DNA of 62,632 bases, filler included. It is 6 parts of 6 records of this genome, joined end to end, with 100 filler letters (N's around TTAATTAATTAA, not from the genome) between each part and the next. Parts side by side here need not be neighbours in the genome. Positions count along the whole stretch, not along the records: positions 24,521 to 47,758 come from SRR20825019_3075; positions 47,859 to 56,890 come from SRR20825019_3086; 4 more parts are not named here. The stretch is one strand, 5' to 3'. Both the position numbers and the translations under genes were made by a program. The notes beneath the pieces are model-generated. The model was not told the DNA's origin. It saw only the letters and a list, made by a program, of their open reading frames with translations, and did not search any database. Shown here one piece after another: positions 41,714 to 51,720 of this stretch; position 1 is the stretch's first letter, and every line of letters begins with the position of its first letter.

Positions 41714-42643
41714 GTGAAACAGATTCCGTCGATCAACAAGTCTGGACCACAACCTCAGAAACTCGCGGCCCTGAGACAGGCGCATCGCGACTGGAATGAA
41801 TCTCCGGATGTGCTCACAAGGCTGACCCGAAGAATGTCCACGACACTCAGCCTGGAAACCCAACTGGCGATTCTGGCTGAAGAGATCGCCAGCGTAGTTC
41901 CTTACGACTGCCTGACTTATCGGCATACCATCGGTTCAAGGGATTTTGTCTATGTGACTGGCAAAGGCGGCCCCCACAGCTGTGATTATCGGCTCAATCT
42001 CGAAGGCGGTTTCTATGGCACGCTCTCTCTCAGCCGTCGACAGAAATTCACGGAACAGGAGCTCGAAGGCATAGAGCTGATGCTTGCGGCCACCATCTGC
42101 CCCATTCGCAATGCCTGCCAGTTTATTGCCATCGAACAGGCGTCACTGACGGATTGCCTGACCGGTGTTCCCAACAAGCGTGCTATGGACGAGGCGCTGT
42201 CGCGTGCCAGTTGTCTTGGCGACAGGCATGGAGAGCAGTATTCACTGATCCTGTGCGATCTGGATCATTTCAAGCAGGTGAATGACCAGTACGGCCATGT
42301 CGTGGGTGATCACATGCTGAAACTGGCAGCCGCCGAACTCGAGAAGGCTGTCAGAAACTCCGACAGTGTGTACCGCTTTGGTGGGGAAGAGTTCGCCATC
42401 CTGCTGGCCCATACCGACGAGGCGAACGCTCGTGACGTTGGCGACCGTATTCGCGAATTCATCAACACCATTGTGGTGAACTGCGGGGATACCAATGTAA
42501 CGGTTACAGCGAGCTGCGGCGTAGCCATGAGACTGGCAGACGAGACCGCCGACCAGTGGCTCGCCCGCGCCGACGAAGCGTTGTATCGGGCGAAAGCCCA
42601 TGGTCGCAATTGCACACGGGTTTTCGCCGCAATCAGCAACTGA
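41714..42643 (+). CDS. Diguanylate cyclase (GGEEF) with GAF-like N-terminus
   Basis: TD.LTG..NKR, DLDHFKQVND.YGH..GD, I-site RNSD, RFGGEEF, ADEALYRAK..GRN. Confidence 0.92.
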   Translation: MKQIPSINKSGPQPQKLAALRQAHRDWNESPDVLTRLTRRMSTTLSLETQLAILAEEIASVVPYDCLTYRHTIGSRDFVYVTGKGGPHSCDYRLNLEGGFYGTLSLSRRQKFTEQELEGIELMLAATICPIRNACQFIAIEQASLTDCLTGVPNKRAMDEALSRASCLGDRHGEQYSLILCDLDHFKQVNDQYGHVVGDHMLKLAAAELEKAVRNSDSVYRFGGEEFAILLAHTDEANARDVGDRIREFINTIVVNCGDTNVTVTASCGVAMRLADETADQWLARADEALYRAKAHGRNCTRVFAAISN

Positions 42644-43618
42644 TCAGCGTTTTCCAGACTTTGCCGGTGGCTTGCCTGATGACTTCCGGCCCGTCGACGG
42701 GCCAGTACTATCAACCTGCCATCGCGCGCCGCCTGATTTACGCGGACCTGCCCCGGCCTGCTTACGACGCTTACGATCAAGAGTCTTTTGCTCAGACGGC
42801 GTCTTGGCCGGAATGTCCACAGGCTTCAAATCGACGGCTTTGCTCAGCGAATCCACGGCTTTCTGATCCAGCTCTTCCCACTTACCAACCGTCAGGCGGC
42901 TTGGCAGGAAAATCGGCCCGTAGCGCACACGCTTCAAGCGGCTGACCCTCACACCCTGGGATTCCCAAAGCCTGCGTACTTCACGATTACGGCCTTCCAG
43001 AAGCGTCACATGGAACCATTGGTTGATTCCCTTACCTCCGGCCTCGCTGATATCCGAAAACTTCGCCATACCGTCGTCGAGCAGCACGCCCTCAGACAAT
43101 CTTTTGATCATCGCCTCATCCACTTCGCCAAATACCCTGACCGCGTACTCTCGATCAATCTGGCGCGACGGATGCATCAGACGGTTGGCAAGTTCCCCGT
43201 CGGTGGTGAACAGCACCAGACCGGTGGTATTGATGTCGAGTCGCCCAATGGCAATCCAACGGTGATCGCGGAGCCGGGGAAGACTGTCGAATACCGTCGG
43301 TCGTCCTTCCGGGTCGCGTCGCGTGGTAACCTCACCTTCCGGTTTGTTGTAGATGAGTACACGCCTGACCACCTCGGCCCCGGCCGCAATGTCCAGGCGC
43401 TTGCCATCCAGCTCAATGCGATCATCAACCGTAACTTTCTGCCCCGGCTCAACCGGATTCCCATTGATGCTCAGGCGACCGGCTTCGATCCAGGACTCGA
43501 CTTCCCGACGCGATCCCACACCGGCTCGTGCCAGTAGCTTCTGTATGCGCTCCGGGCCGGAAACGGTGGTTTCATCCGGCTGCCGCTGTTCGGGTTTTCT
43601 GGGGCGATTGGCCGCCAT
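42644..43618 (-). CDS. rluB: 23S rRNA pseudouridine synthase RluB
   Basis: S4 domain ERIQKLLARAGVGSRR, GRLDINTTGL, EGRNREVRRLWES. Confidence 0.95.
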   Translation of the reverse strand: MAANRPRKPEQRQPDETTVSGPERIQKLLARAGVGSRREVESWIEAGRLSINGNPVEPGQKVTVDDRIELDGKRLDIAAGAEVVRRVLIYNKPEGEVTTRRDPEGRPTVFDSLPRLRDHRWIAIGRLDINTTGLVLFTTDGELANRLMHPSRQIDREYAVRVFGEVDEAMIKRLSEGVLLDDGMAKFSDISEAGGKGINQWFHVTLLEGRNREVRRLWESQGVRVSRLKRVRYGPIFLPSRLTVGKWEELDQKAVDSLSKAVDLKPVDIPAKTPSEQKTLDRKRRKQAGAGPRKSGGARWQVDSTGPSTGRKSSGKPPAKSGKR

Positions 43619-43654
43619 GGATCTATCCTTAAAGAGTGACTGACGCCGGTGGCA

Positions 43655-44317
43655 TCAGTGAAGTGTTTGTCCTGGCGCGTTATCGGGATTGGAGTCATCC
43701 CCATCGTCACCAGTATTCCGGGCCGGAGATTCAAATTCGATCTCGGCCTGCATGTTCTTTTCGATTTCCCGACCGATCTCTTCCAGATCCCGGATTTCTG
43801 ACAAGGGCGGCATCTGGTCCAGACCTTCCAGATTGAAATAGTCCAGAAACTGACGGGTGGTGGCATACATAGCAGGCCTACCCGGCACGTCGCGGTGCCC
43901 GACTACCCTCACCCACTCCCGCTCAAGCAGCGTACGGACAATGTTGCTGCTGACGGTGACGCCCCGAATATCCTCAATCTCACCGCGGGTTATGGGCTGG
44001 CGATAGGCAACCAGCGCCAACGTCTCCAGCAGTGCTCGGGAGTACCTCTGGGGCTTTTCTTCGAATAAACGCCCCACCCACGGAGCAAACTCTTCCCGCA
44101 CCTGAAGACGGTAACCACTGGCGGTTTTCTTCAGCTCGAATCCCCGCCCCTGGCAAGACTGCTCCAGCAAGACCAGTACATGCTCCATTATCTGACGGGC
44201 CGGGCGCTCACCTTCTTCGAAAAGATCCCGTAACTGGTCGACCGATAAGGGTTTTCCCGCTGCCAGCAATGCAGCTTCGGTTATGGCCTGTATTTTCCGG
44301 AGATTGTCCTCGTTCAT
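43655..44317 (-). CDS. scpB: SMC-Scp complex subunit ScpB
   Basis: EAALLAA, SRALLETLAL.AYRQPITRGEIE.IRGV, PGRP..YATT..FLDYF.L. Confidence 0.95.
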   Translation of the reverse strand: MNEDNLRKIQAITEAALLAAGKPLSVDQLRDLFEEGERPARQIMEHVLVLLEQSCQGRGFELKKTASGYRLQVREEFAPWVGRLFEEKPQRYSRALLETLALVAYRQPITRGEIEDIRGVTVSSNIVRTLLEREWVRVVGHRDVPGRPAMYATTRQFLDYFNLEGLDQMPPLSEIRDLEEIGREIEKNMQAEIEFESPARNTGDDGDDSNPDNAPGQTLH

Positions 44318-45156
44318 ACCGCTCTCGCCCTGACATGGATCGGCCCCAGCACCTCGGCCTGGACCACTTCGATCAATTGCTCCTTGACCAGTTCCAGGGT
44401 CGCCAGAAAACTCACCACGACCCCCAATCGCCCTTCCTCTGGAGTGAACAGACTTTCGAATGTCACGAACTGGTCATCCCGCAGGACCGACAATATTGCC
44501 GACATACGTTCACGGGTGGATAAACGCTCCCTCTCCACGTGGTGGCTGGTAAACAGGTCTGCACGCTTGAGCACGCCCTGCAACGCAAACAGTATTTCCC
44601 GCAGTTCCACGTCCGGATGGGGCTGACTGGAAGGCATCCGGGGCAACGCTGCAGAGGCAACGAAATTGTCCCGTTCAAGCCGTGGCAAGTCGTCAATATC
44701 TTCCGCGGCCTGCTTGAAGCGCTCATACTGCTGGAGCCTGCGTATCAGCTCCGCTCGCGGATCGATGTCCTCTTCGTCCTCGGATTCCTGTCGCGGCAGC
44801 AGCATCCTGGATTTTATCTCCGCCAGGGTCGCTGCCATAACCAGATACTCTGCGGCCAGCTCGAACCGCATGGCTTCAACGGCGCCGATGTAATCCATGT
44901 ACTGCTTGGTAATCTCACTGACATCAATGTCGAGGATGTCCATGTTCTGACGTCGGATCAGATACAGCAACAGATCCAATGGCCCCTCAAAGGCCTCAAG
45001 GAAGACCGCCAGGGCATCGGGAGGTATATACAGGTCACGAGGCAGATCAACCACCGGCTTACCTGAGACACGGGCAAGTGGCGCCTGCTCAACGGGCGCG
45101 CCGGGCGCCTCAGCTCCCTCATCCGCCGTCGTATTACCTGTGGTGTCCTCGGTCAT
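44314..45156 (-). CDS. scpA: Kleisin ScpA
   Basis: FEGPLDLLLYLI, AAEYLVMAATL.EIKSRMLLP, FLA.LEL.K. Confidence 0.95.
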   Translation of the reverse strand: MTEDTTGNTTADEGAEAPGAPVEQAPLARVSGKPVVDLPRDLYIPPDALAVFLEAFEGPLDLLLYLIRRQNMDILDIDVSEITKQYMDYIGAVEAMRFELAAEYLVMAATLAEIKSRMLLPRQESEDEEDIDPRAELIRRLQQYERFKQAAEDIDDLPRLERDNFVASAALPRMPSSQPHPDVELREILFALQGVLKRADLFTSHHVERERLSTRERMSAILSVLRDDQFVTFESLFTPEEGRLGVVVSFLATLELVKEQLIEVVQAEVLGPIHVRARAV

Positions 45157-45185
45157 GGTCTCTCCGGAATTGTCAGCGTCGGGGC

Positions 45186-46400
45186 TCAGCGGTAGTTCAG
45201 GCCCATGGCTGTCCGAACTTCCTCAAGGGTATCCCTCGCGGCATCCCTGGCATGCTCGCAGCCTTCTTCAATAATGGCGTGAACCAGGTCCGGATTGCCT
45301 TCATATTCACGAGCACGTTCATGCAGGGGCCGCTGCTCTTCAATAATCGAGTCAATCAGCGGCTTCTTGCATTCCAGGCAACCAATGCCCGCCGAGCGGC
45401 AGCCGGTTTGCACCCATTCCTGGGTATCCGCATCGGAATAAACCTGATGAAGCCCCCAAACCGGACACTTCTCCGGTTCGCCCGGATCGGTACGCCGTAC
45501 CCGCTGGGGGTCGGTCTGCATGGTGCGGATTTTCTGGGCGACGCTGTCAGGCTCTTCGCGCAAACCGATATAGTTGTTGTAGGACTTGGACATTTTCTGG
45601 CCGTCCAGTCCTGGCATCTTCGATTCCGGTGTCAGCAGGGGCTGGGGCTCCGGAAGGATCACCTTACCGCCACCTTCGATATAACCGTACAGCCGCTCAC
45701 GATCGCCCAGGGAGATGTTCTGCTGCTCCTTGAGCAATGCCCGCGCCGTTTCCAGGGCTTCCATATCGCCCTCTTCCTGGTAACGCTTCTTCAGGGTGCG
45801 GTAAAGCTTTGCGTTTTTCTTGCCCATCTTGACGATGGCGCCCTCTGCCTGCTCTTCAAATCCCGGCTCACGGCCGTAGATGTGATTGAAGCGGCGAGCG
45901 ACTTCGCGCGTGATTTCCACGTGGGACACCTGGTCTGCACCCACGGGTACCCGACCGGCCCGATACATCAAAATGTCCGCGCTCTGCAGCAGCGGATAGC
46001 CGAGAAAGCCGTAGGTGGCCAGGTCTTTCTCGCGCAGTTTTTCCTGCTGATCCTTGTACGTGGGTACACGCTCGAGCCAGCCCAATGGGGTAATCATCGA
46101 CAGTAAAAGATGAAGCTCCGCGTGTTCCGGCACCTTGGACTGGATGAACATCGTTGAGGACCCGGGATTGACGCCTGCCGCGAGCCAGTCGATCACCATA
46201 TCCCAGACGCTATCCTCAATGCCGCTGGGATCATCATAGTTGGTGGTTAACGCGTGCCAGTCGGCAACGAAGAAGAAGCATTCGAATTCATGCTGGAGTT
46301 TCACCCAGTTCTTCAGAACACCGTGATAATGGCCGAGGTGCAACTTGCCGGTGGGACGCATGCCGGACAAAATCCGTTGCTGGGAATCGACAGAACTCAA
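45186..46400 (-). CDS. trpS: Tryptophan-tRNA ligase
   Basis: SGMRPTG.LHLGH, YPLLQSADIL, VPVG.DQ, KMSKS. TTG start after GGAG. Confidence 0.95.
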   Translation of the reverse strand: MSSVDSQQRILSGMRPTGKLHLGHYHGVLKNWVKLQHEFECFFFVADWHALTTNYDDPSGIEDSVWDMVIDWLAAGVNPGSSTMFIQSKVPEHAELHLLLSMITPLGWLERVPTYKDQQEKLREKDLATYGFLGYPLLQSADILMYRAGRVPVGADQVSHVEITREVARRFNHIYGREPGFEEQAEGAIVKMGKKNAKLYRTLKKRYQEEGDMEALETARALLKEQQNISLGDRERLYGYIEGGGKVILPEPQPLLTPESKMPGLDGQKMSKSYNNYIGLREEPDSVAQKIRTMQTDPQRVRRTDPGEPEKCPVWGLHQVYSDADTQEWVQTGCRSAGIGCLECKKPLIDSIIEEQRPLHERAREYEGNPDLVHAIIEEGCEHARDAARDTLEEVRTAMGLNYR

Positions 46401-46521
46401 AGCATGAACTCCTTTTATTTATAGGGAACAGCCATCATATTGCAGGCTGACCGGGCATTATAGTCTTATGTGTGGCCCGCGTTAAGAAGGCATTGAAAAA
46501 CCTGCGCTGACGCCAGAAAAC

Positions 46522-46562
46522 AAAAAGCCCCCGGCAGTCCGCAAAACAGACCCGGGGGCTTT
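46522..46562 (-). terminator. Rho-independent terminator after sucD
   Basis: AAAAAGCCCCCGG...CCGGGGGCTTT inverted repeat, giving a U-tract on the minus strand. Confidence 0.8.
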
Positions 46563-46579
46563 CATTCACCGGCGGTAGT

Positions 46580-47452
46580 TTACCAGCCAGTCACTTCCTT
46601 CAGCGCCTTGCCAATTTCAGCCAGGCTGCGCACAGTTTTGACACCGGCGTCGTTCAGGGCCGCGAATTTCTCATCCGCCGTACCCTTACCACCAGAGATA
46701 ATCGCACCGGCGTGGCCCATACGCTTACCAGGAGGCGCCGTCACACCCGCGATGTAAGACACCACCGGCTTGCTGACGTTGTCCTTGATGAACGCAGCCG
46801 CTTCTTCCTCAGCGGTTCCGCCGATCTCGCCGATCATCACGATGGCTTCTGTCTGCGGATCGTCCTGCAGCAACTGCAGGATATCGATGAAGTTGGAGCC
46901 CGGAATCGGGTCACCACCGATGCCAACGCAGGTAGACTGGCCGTAACCGAAGTCGGTGGTCTGCTTGACCGCTTCGTACGTCAGGGTACCAGAGCGGGAC
47001 ACGATGCCCACTTTGCCCGGCTTGTGGATGTGGCCCGGCATGATACCGATCTTGCTCTCGCCTGGCGTGATCACACCCGGGCAGTTCGGCCCGATCATGC
47101 GAACACCCTTGCGATCGACGTACTCTTTCGCATAGAGCATGTCGATGGTCGGGATGCCTTCGGTGATGCAGACGATCAGCTGGATGCCAGCATCCGCAGC
47201 TTCAACGATGGCGTCTTTACAGAACGGCGCAGGAACATAGATTACGGTGGCTTCGGCGCCCGTCTTCTCGACCGCTTCACGCACGGTGTTGAACACCGGC
47301 AGGCCCAGGTGTTCGGTGCCGCCCTTACCGGGGCTTACGCCACCAACCATTTTGGTGCCATATTCGATGGCCTGCTCAGAGTGGAACGTACCCTGTGCGC
47401 CGGTAAAGCCCTGGCAGATAACCTTGGTGTCTTTGTTGATCAGGATGCTCAT
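46580..47452 (-). CDS. sucD: Succinyl-CoA ligase alpha subunit
   Basis: [31 protein letters not shown]. Confidence 0.98.
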   Translation of the reverse strand: MSILINKDTKVICQGFTGAQGTFHSEQAIEYGTKMVGGVSPGKGGTEHLGLPVFNTVREAVEKTGAEATVIYVPAPFCKDAIVEAADAGIQLIVCITEGIPTIDMLYAKEYVDRKGVRMIGPNCPGVITPGESKIGIMPGHIHKPGKVGIVSRSGTLTYEAVKQTTDFGYGQSTCVGIGGDPIPGSNFIDILQLLQDDPQTEAIVMIGEIGGTAEEEAAAFIKDNVSKPVVSYIAGVTAPPGKRMGHAGAIISGGKGTADEKFAALNDAGVKTVRSLAEIGKALKEVTGW

Positions 47453-47758
47453 TATTTACCCCCCGCGGCTTTAACGACTTGCTCTGCCGCATTCGACAGA
47501 CTGGTGGCGGCAATGATGTTAAGGCCACTGTCAGCGAGTACTTTAGTGCCCTTCTCGGCGTTGTTGCCTTCCAGACGCACAACCACAGGAACCTTGACGC
47601 CAACATCTTTTACGGCGCCGATGATGCCTTCGGCAATCATGTCACAGCGAACAATGCCGCCGAAGATATTGACCAGTACCGCTTTGACGTTGTCGTCAGA
47701 CAGGATGATCTTGAACGCTTCGGAAACACGTTCCTTGGTGGCACCGCCGCCAACGTCC
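47452..47758 (-). CDS. sucC: Succinyl-CoA ligase beta subunit, 5'-truncated
   Basis: DVGGGAT..., [26 protein letters not shown]. Confidence 0.95.
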
Positions 47759-47858
47759 NNNNNNNNNNNNNNNNNNNNNNNNNNNNNNNNNNNNNNNNNN
47801 NNTTAATTAATTAANNNNNNNNNNNNNNNNNNNNNNNNNNNNNNNNNNNNNNNNNNNN
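47759..47858. other. Artificial contig-joining spacer
   Basis: 44 N + TTAATTAATTAA + 44 N. Confidence 0.98.
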
Positions 47859-48185
47859 GGTGGTGTGGATCGGGAGTTAGAGGGAATCATCGACGATGAA
47901 TATAATGGACCGACTATCAATCTGGGACACATGAACGAGGAGGCAGGTATGAGAGGGCCACAGGCATCGTCAGTTGGTGGTGGTGGTGGTTTGGACAACT
48001 CTGGCAATATGGATAGTCGGAACAACGACTACAGTGGATTTTCGGACCGCCGAGACCAGAAAAGCATTTCGAGGTCGAGGGGGATGTCTATTAATCACTT
48101 TGGGCATAGGCGTGGCGGGCCCAATACGTCTGGGGATCCTTCTAAGGTTCATGAAGCTCCTGTCACCTTCTGGGAGCCCAGGTAA
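47859..48185 (+). CDS. C-terminal fragment of a eukaryotic hypothetical protein
   Basis: Frame is open from the contig edge to TAA 48185, followed by an AT-rich intergenic region. Confidence 0.5.
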   Translation, partial: GGVDRELEGIIDDEYNGPTINLGHMNEEAGMRGPQASSVGGGGGLDNSGNMDSRNNDYSGFSDRRDQKSISRSRGMSINHFGHRRGGPNTSGDPSKVHEAPVTFWEPR

Positions 48186-48327
48186 AAACAAAAACTATGA
48201 GCGTGAAACAAAAAAGTGTTGTATATTATTGTTTTACTTCAAGAAAAAATATGTCTTGTTTGTCGTAAAATGTGCTATGAACTTCAATTATATTTTCCCG
48301 TTTACAAAAAAAAGAATCTAGTCCGCA

Positions 48328-50121
48328 ATGGCTGCACACCCACAGGCACACTCCAAGTTCCAGGTGGTCGTGTCGGATGCTCAGCGTGAGGCCAGCACCG
48401 AGGGAGTAGGAGACATCCTAGGTGCCACCTTCTGGATGTACCGTATCGTGATGGCCACCTCCATCCCCTCCTACCAAAATCCTCCTCTGTTCCCCCTCCA
48501 CAACACCAACGCCGAGACCAACTTCAAAACCCAAGATGGTAAGACCACCTTCGAGGTTTGGCGTAGGTACTCTGACTTCGAGTGGCTCCTCTCTGAGCTC
48601 TCCTTCTCCTTCCCCGGTATCCTCATGCCCCCCATCCCCGACAAGGAGGCCTCAGGAACCGTCGATAAGCTAGGCACCAACCTTGACCAAAATGTCAAGA
48701 CTCACCCCCTAACACAGAAGCGCATCCGCCAATTGCAACTCTTCTTCAACTACTTGATCTCCATGGAGGATATCCTCGAGACCGACATCATCAAGGCATT
48801 CTTCTCTTGCCATGAGGAGGAGTTCAAGCACTTCAAGAAGGTTCGTAAGGACTCTAAACCCTCTGGTGTCGACAAGGCGAAGGAGAAGGGTATGTCCCTC
48901 TTCAACCGCATTACCAACAAGAAGGAGGTGGTATTTGCTGCCGATCATGAATTCTCTGTCCTCAAGGAGGGACATCGCATTCTGGGCGATAACCTTATCC
49001 ACTGCTCCAAGGCCGCTGCCTCCATTCGCAGCAAGGTACTAGGTGGTCCCAGCTGGGGAAACATTGGTGGTGCCGAGCCCACAACCGAGCCCGTATGCCC
49101 CCTTGCGCTCTACAACGACGCCCTAGTCCGTGATGCCAACAACCCTAGCCGCACTGGCTCCGTCCGCCATGTAGAGGGCCAGCTTGCATGGGTTGACTTT
49201 AACGGTACGGTTGAGAGGTGCAAGATGGACGACCTTCTCGTACCCCCTAGCGGCCTCTCCGACCCCATGATGTACGCCAGCGCCGAGCTTGCTACTCAGG
49301 TGGACTCCTTCCTCTCCTATGCCTCTATGAACAACACCTCCAAACTTACCGATACCGTCCAGGACCTTTGCTGGTTTTGGGCCAGGTTTTCCCAGTCCCT
49401 TGAGGGCGTGGTAGCTAAGCTTGAGGAGATGTCCCAGGACGAGAGGTACGTAAGGATCGATGCCTCAAAGGCCAAGGATCAAGCAAAGAAGGAGGCCCTG
49501 ACAGCCAAGTTTGAGTCGATGGATGCTGCCTTCAAGGATGGATGCCAACGTTTCCAGAAGGAGTACAGCACCCGCTTCTTCCCCCAATTCCAGGCCGAGA
49601 CCAAGAATATCATGATGAACTTTGGTGAGGCGTCATGCCAATACTGTGTTGACGGAGAGTGGGGTAGCCGTCTTACCGCTGCCGATACTGTGCTGAGGCT
49701 AGAGTTTGAGACCCCAGAGGGAGTTCAGAAAGACATTGATGCTATCCGCAGTGGGTCCCCAATGAAAGCATCCCCTCCCCGCCAGCAGTCCCCTCCTCGT
49801 CAGCAGCAGCAACCTGTGGAGGAAGAGTATACCCGCCCCGCAGTCCCTGCCGCTGTTGTTCAACAGGAGGCACCCAAGGCCGCCCCCGTCAGGGAGCTCC
49901 CTCCCCCAGAGAAGATCCTCGACGCGCCTCCCGCTGACCCCTTCGAGGACACTACCCGCGAACCCGGTCAGGAGCCCGCCCCCGAGCCCACCCCAGTTAC
50001 TGGTGTATCGGATAGCTTTGCTGATGCCCCTGATAAGAAGTTCACAGAGGCTAGCCTTGAGAACACCACGGATTTGTCACCCCCATCACCCACAGGCCCC
50101 GCCGCAGACCCCGACCTGTAG
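48328..50121 (+). CDS. PX-domain sorting nexin-like protein (PX, helical BAR-like region, Pro/acidic tail)
   Basis: VWRRYSDFEWL...FPG..MPPIPDK and KR...LQ.F PX motifs. Intronless. Confidence 0.85.
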   Translation: MAAHPQAHSKFQVVVSDAQREASTEGVGDILGATFWMYRIVMATSIPSYQNPPLFPLHNTNAETNFKTQDGKTTFEVWRRYSDFEWLLSELSFSFPGILMPPIPDKEASGTVDKLGTNLDQNVKTHPLTQKRIRQLQLFFNYLISMEDILETDIIKAFFSCHEEEFKHFKKVRKDSKPSGVDKAKEKGMSLFNRITNKKEVVFAADHEFSVLKEGHRILGDNLIHCSKAAASIRSKVLGGPSWGNIGGAEPTTEPVCPLALYNDALVRDANNPSRTGSVRHVEGQLAWVDFNGTVERCKMDDLLVPPSGLSDPMMYASAELATQVDSFLSYASMNNTSKLTDTVQDLCWFWARFSQSLEGVVAKLEEMSQDERYVRIDASKAKDQAKKEALTAKFESMDAAFKDGCQRFQKEYSTRFFPQFQAETKNIMMNFGEASCQYCVDGEWGSRLTAADTVLRLEFETPEGVQKDIDAIRSGSPMKASPPRQQSPPRQQQQPVEEEYTRPAVPAAVVQQEAPKAAPVRELPPPEKILDAPPADPFEDTTREPGQEPAPEPTPVTGVSDSFADAPDKKFTEASLENTTDLSPPSPTGPAADPDL

Positions 50122-50430
50122 TATCGACCCAAATACTTATACATTTGGTTCGACAATTGTCGTCAAGCTGTTCCCCACCACCTTGTGACCGGGTCCTTTC
50201 CCTCTAGTCCTCCGAATTTTATCGTCGTTTACACAAACACACAACATTTACACCATTTGCCAATTTTTCTCTCTCACAATTACAATATCCAGTGGTGGTC
50301 ACTGCCGTAACAGGTGGCCCTGATGGATTTTTCAACTTAACTATGAATTTCAAGCTCATGAACACTGTTTACATTTTCACTCATCCTCCCCATTATATCA
50401 ATATTATTTTACAGCACAATAAACTCAAAG

Positions 50431-51495
50431 ATGATGGATTCACTCCGAAAGGTGATTGGCAGCATGGCCGGTAAGGAGGCTAAGGTGGTAGCACCCAAGC
50501 AGATCTTTAGCAGCGCTGTGGCCCTCCGCCCTAGCCCCTCCACTATGCCCTACCAACTCTCCTCCGCCCGCTGGCATTTGGATACCCGACCCCTTACCTC
50601 CGTGGTGCTGATCCACGACCTTGGATGCTGCAGTAGCTCATGGTCGCCATTGAATGAGGTAGTGGGACGCCTCCCCACCCAGGGGGTGTCTTGCCCCCCT
50701 CTTAACTTCTACATGCCCAACCTCCGTAACCACACCGGTGGCCACCATGTCCCTGAGTCCAATCTACAAGATTACGTCGATGACGTTGTCAAGTTTGTTT
50801 CTGGTGTAGTTGAGCCCGGTACCCCCATTCACCTTGTCGGACACGGCTTTGGAGGTAAACTGGCGCTCCTCGCCGCTCTTGCTGTTCCTAGTAAAATCAG
50901 TAGCGTAACTGCCTTCGCCGACGATGACGTCTTTGGTGATGTCACTGCCCCTGAGAATCGCATCAAGCTCCTACAGAGGGCAGTTGGTGAGTGCAGCGAC
51001 CTCCCCTCCCTCAACACCACCCTCTCCCAGACCGTCAAGGATGATGAGGAGCGTGCCTCCCTTATGTTCAATGTAGAGGCCGTCCGCATTCCTCGTGACG
51101 CTACCTCCCTCGAGGCATCCCCCTCCAAGAAGGAGCTCAAGCTAACCTTAGACTGCGACGAAATCTTGAAGCAATTCGGTGCTGCCAACACCGCCAATAC
51201 TCAGTGGCCTGCCCTTCAGACGGTCGACGGTGATAAGAGCTCACAGGACGAGGTTGCGGCCCAACTCTCAAAGGACACTGCTAAGATTCGTTGCCATATT
51301 ATCAAGAGTGCTATTCCCGGATCCACTGCTGTCAACAAGGGGCGTCTGGAGGCGTACTTCACCGATACTAAGGTAACCGAGGTGATGCAGGGCCTCAAGG
51401 GAGGCTTTATGTCGAGGAAGGATGCTAAGGTTATCGCCCCCGTGTGCCTCTCTACTATTGGTTGCACTGAGGCACGTGACGGTAACCAGGAGTAA
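50431..51495 (+). CDS. Alpha/beta hydrolase-fold protein (ABHD11-like), probably catalytically degenerate
   Basis: VVLIHDLG...SSW, PNLRNH, HLVGHGFGGK.A. The nucleophile-elbow Ser is replaced by Gly. Confidence 0.7.
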   Translation: MMDSLRKVIGSMAGKEAKVVAPKQIFSSAVALRPSPSTMPYQLSSARWHLDTRPLTSVVLIHDLGCCSSSWSPLNEVVGRLPTQGVSCPPLNFYMPNLRNHTGGHHVPESNLQDYVDDVVKFVSGVVEPGTPIHLVGHGFGGKLALLAALAVPSKISSVTAFADDDVFGDVTAPENRIKLLQRAVGECSDLPSLNTTLSQTVKDDEERASLMFNVEAVRIPRDATSLEASPSKKELKLTLDCDEILKQFGAANTANTQWPALQTVDGDKSSQDEVAAQLSKDTAKIRCHIIKSAIPGSTAVNKGRLEAYFTDTKVTEVMQGLKGGFMSRKDAKVIAPVCLSTIGCTEARDGNQE

Positions 51496-51720
51496 GTATG
51501 TGTGTGTAGACCCATACGACACCAGACACAAGTATATATTTATTAGTAAAAGCGTTTCAGCCCATCATCAACCAATTCCACAATCACATCTCACACATTA
51601 AACTCTTATAAAACTTCCCTCCTATTTTTTGACATTGTTGTTTGAAGATTGATGCTGGCTTTAACGTTACCTTTTATCCTACTTTTATTTCGAAAATATA
51701 AGAACGTTAGAGAGACAAGC

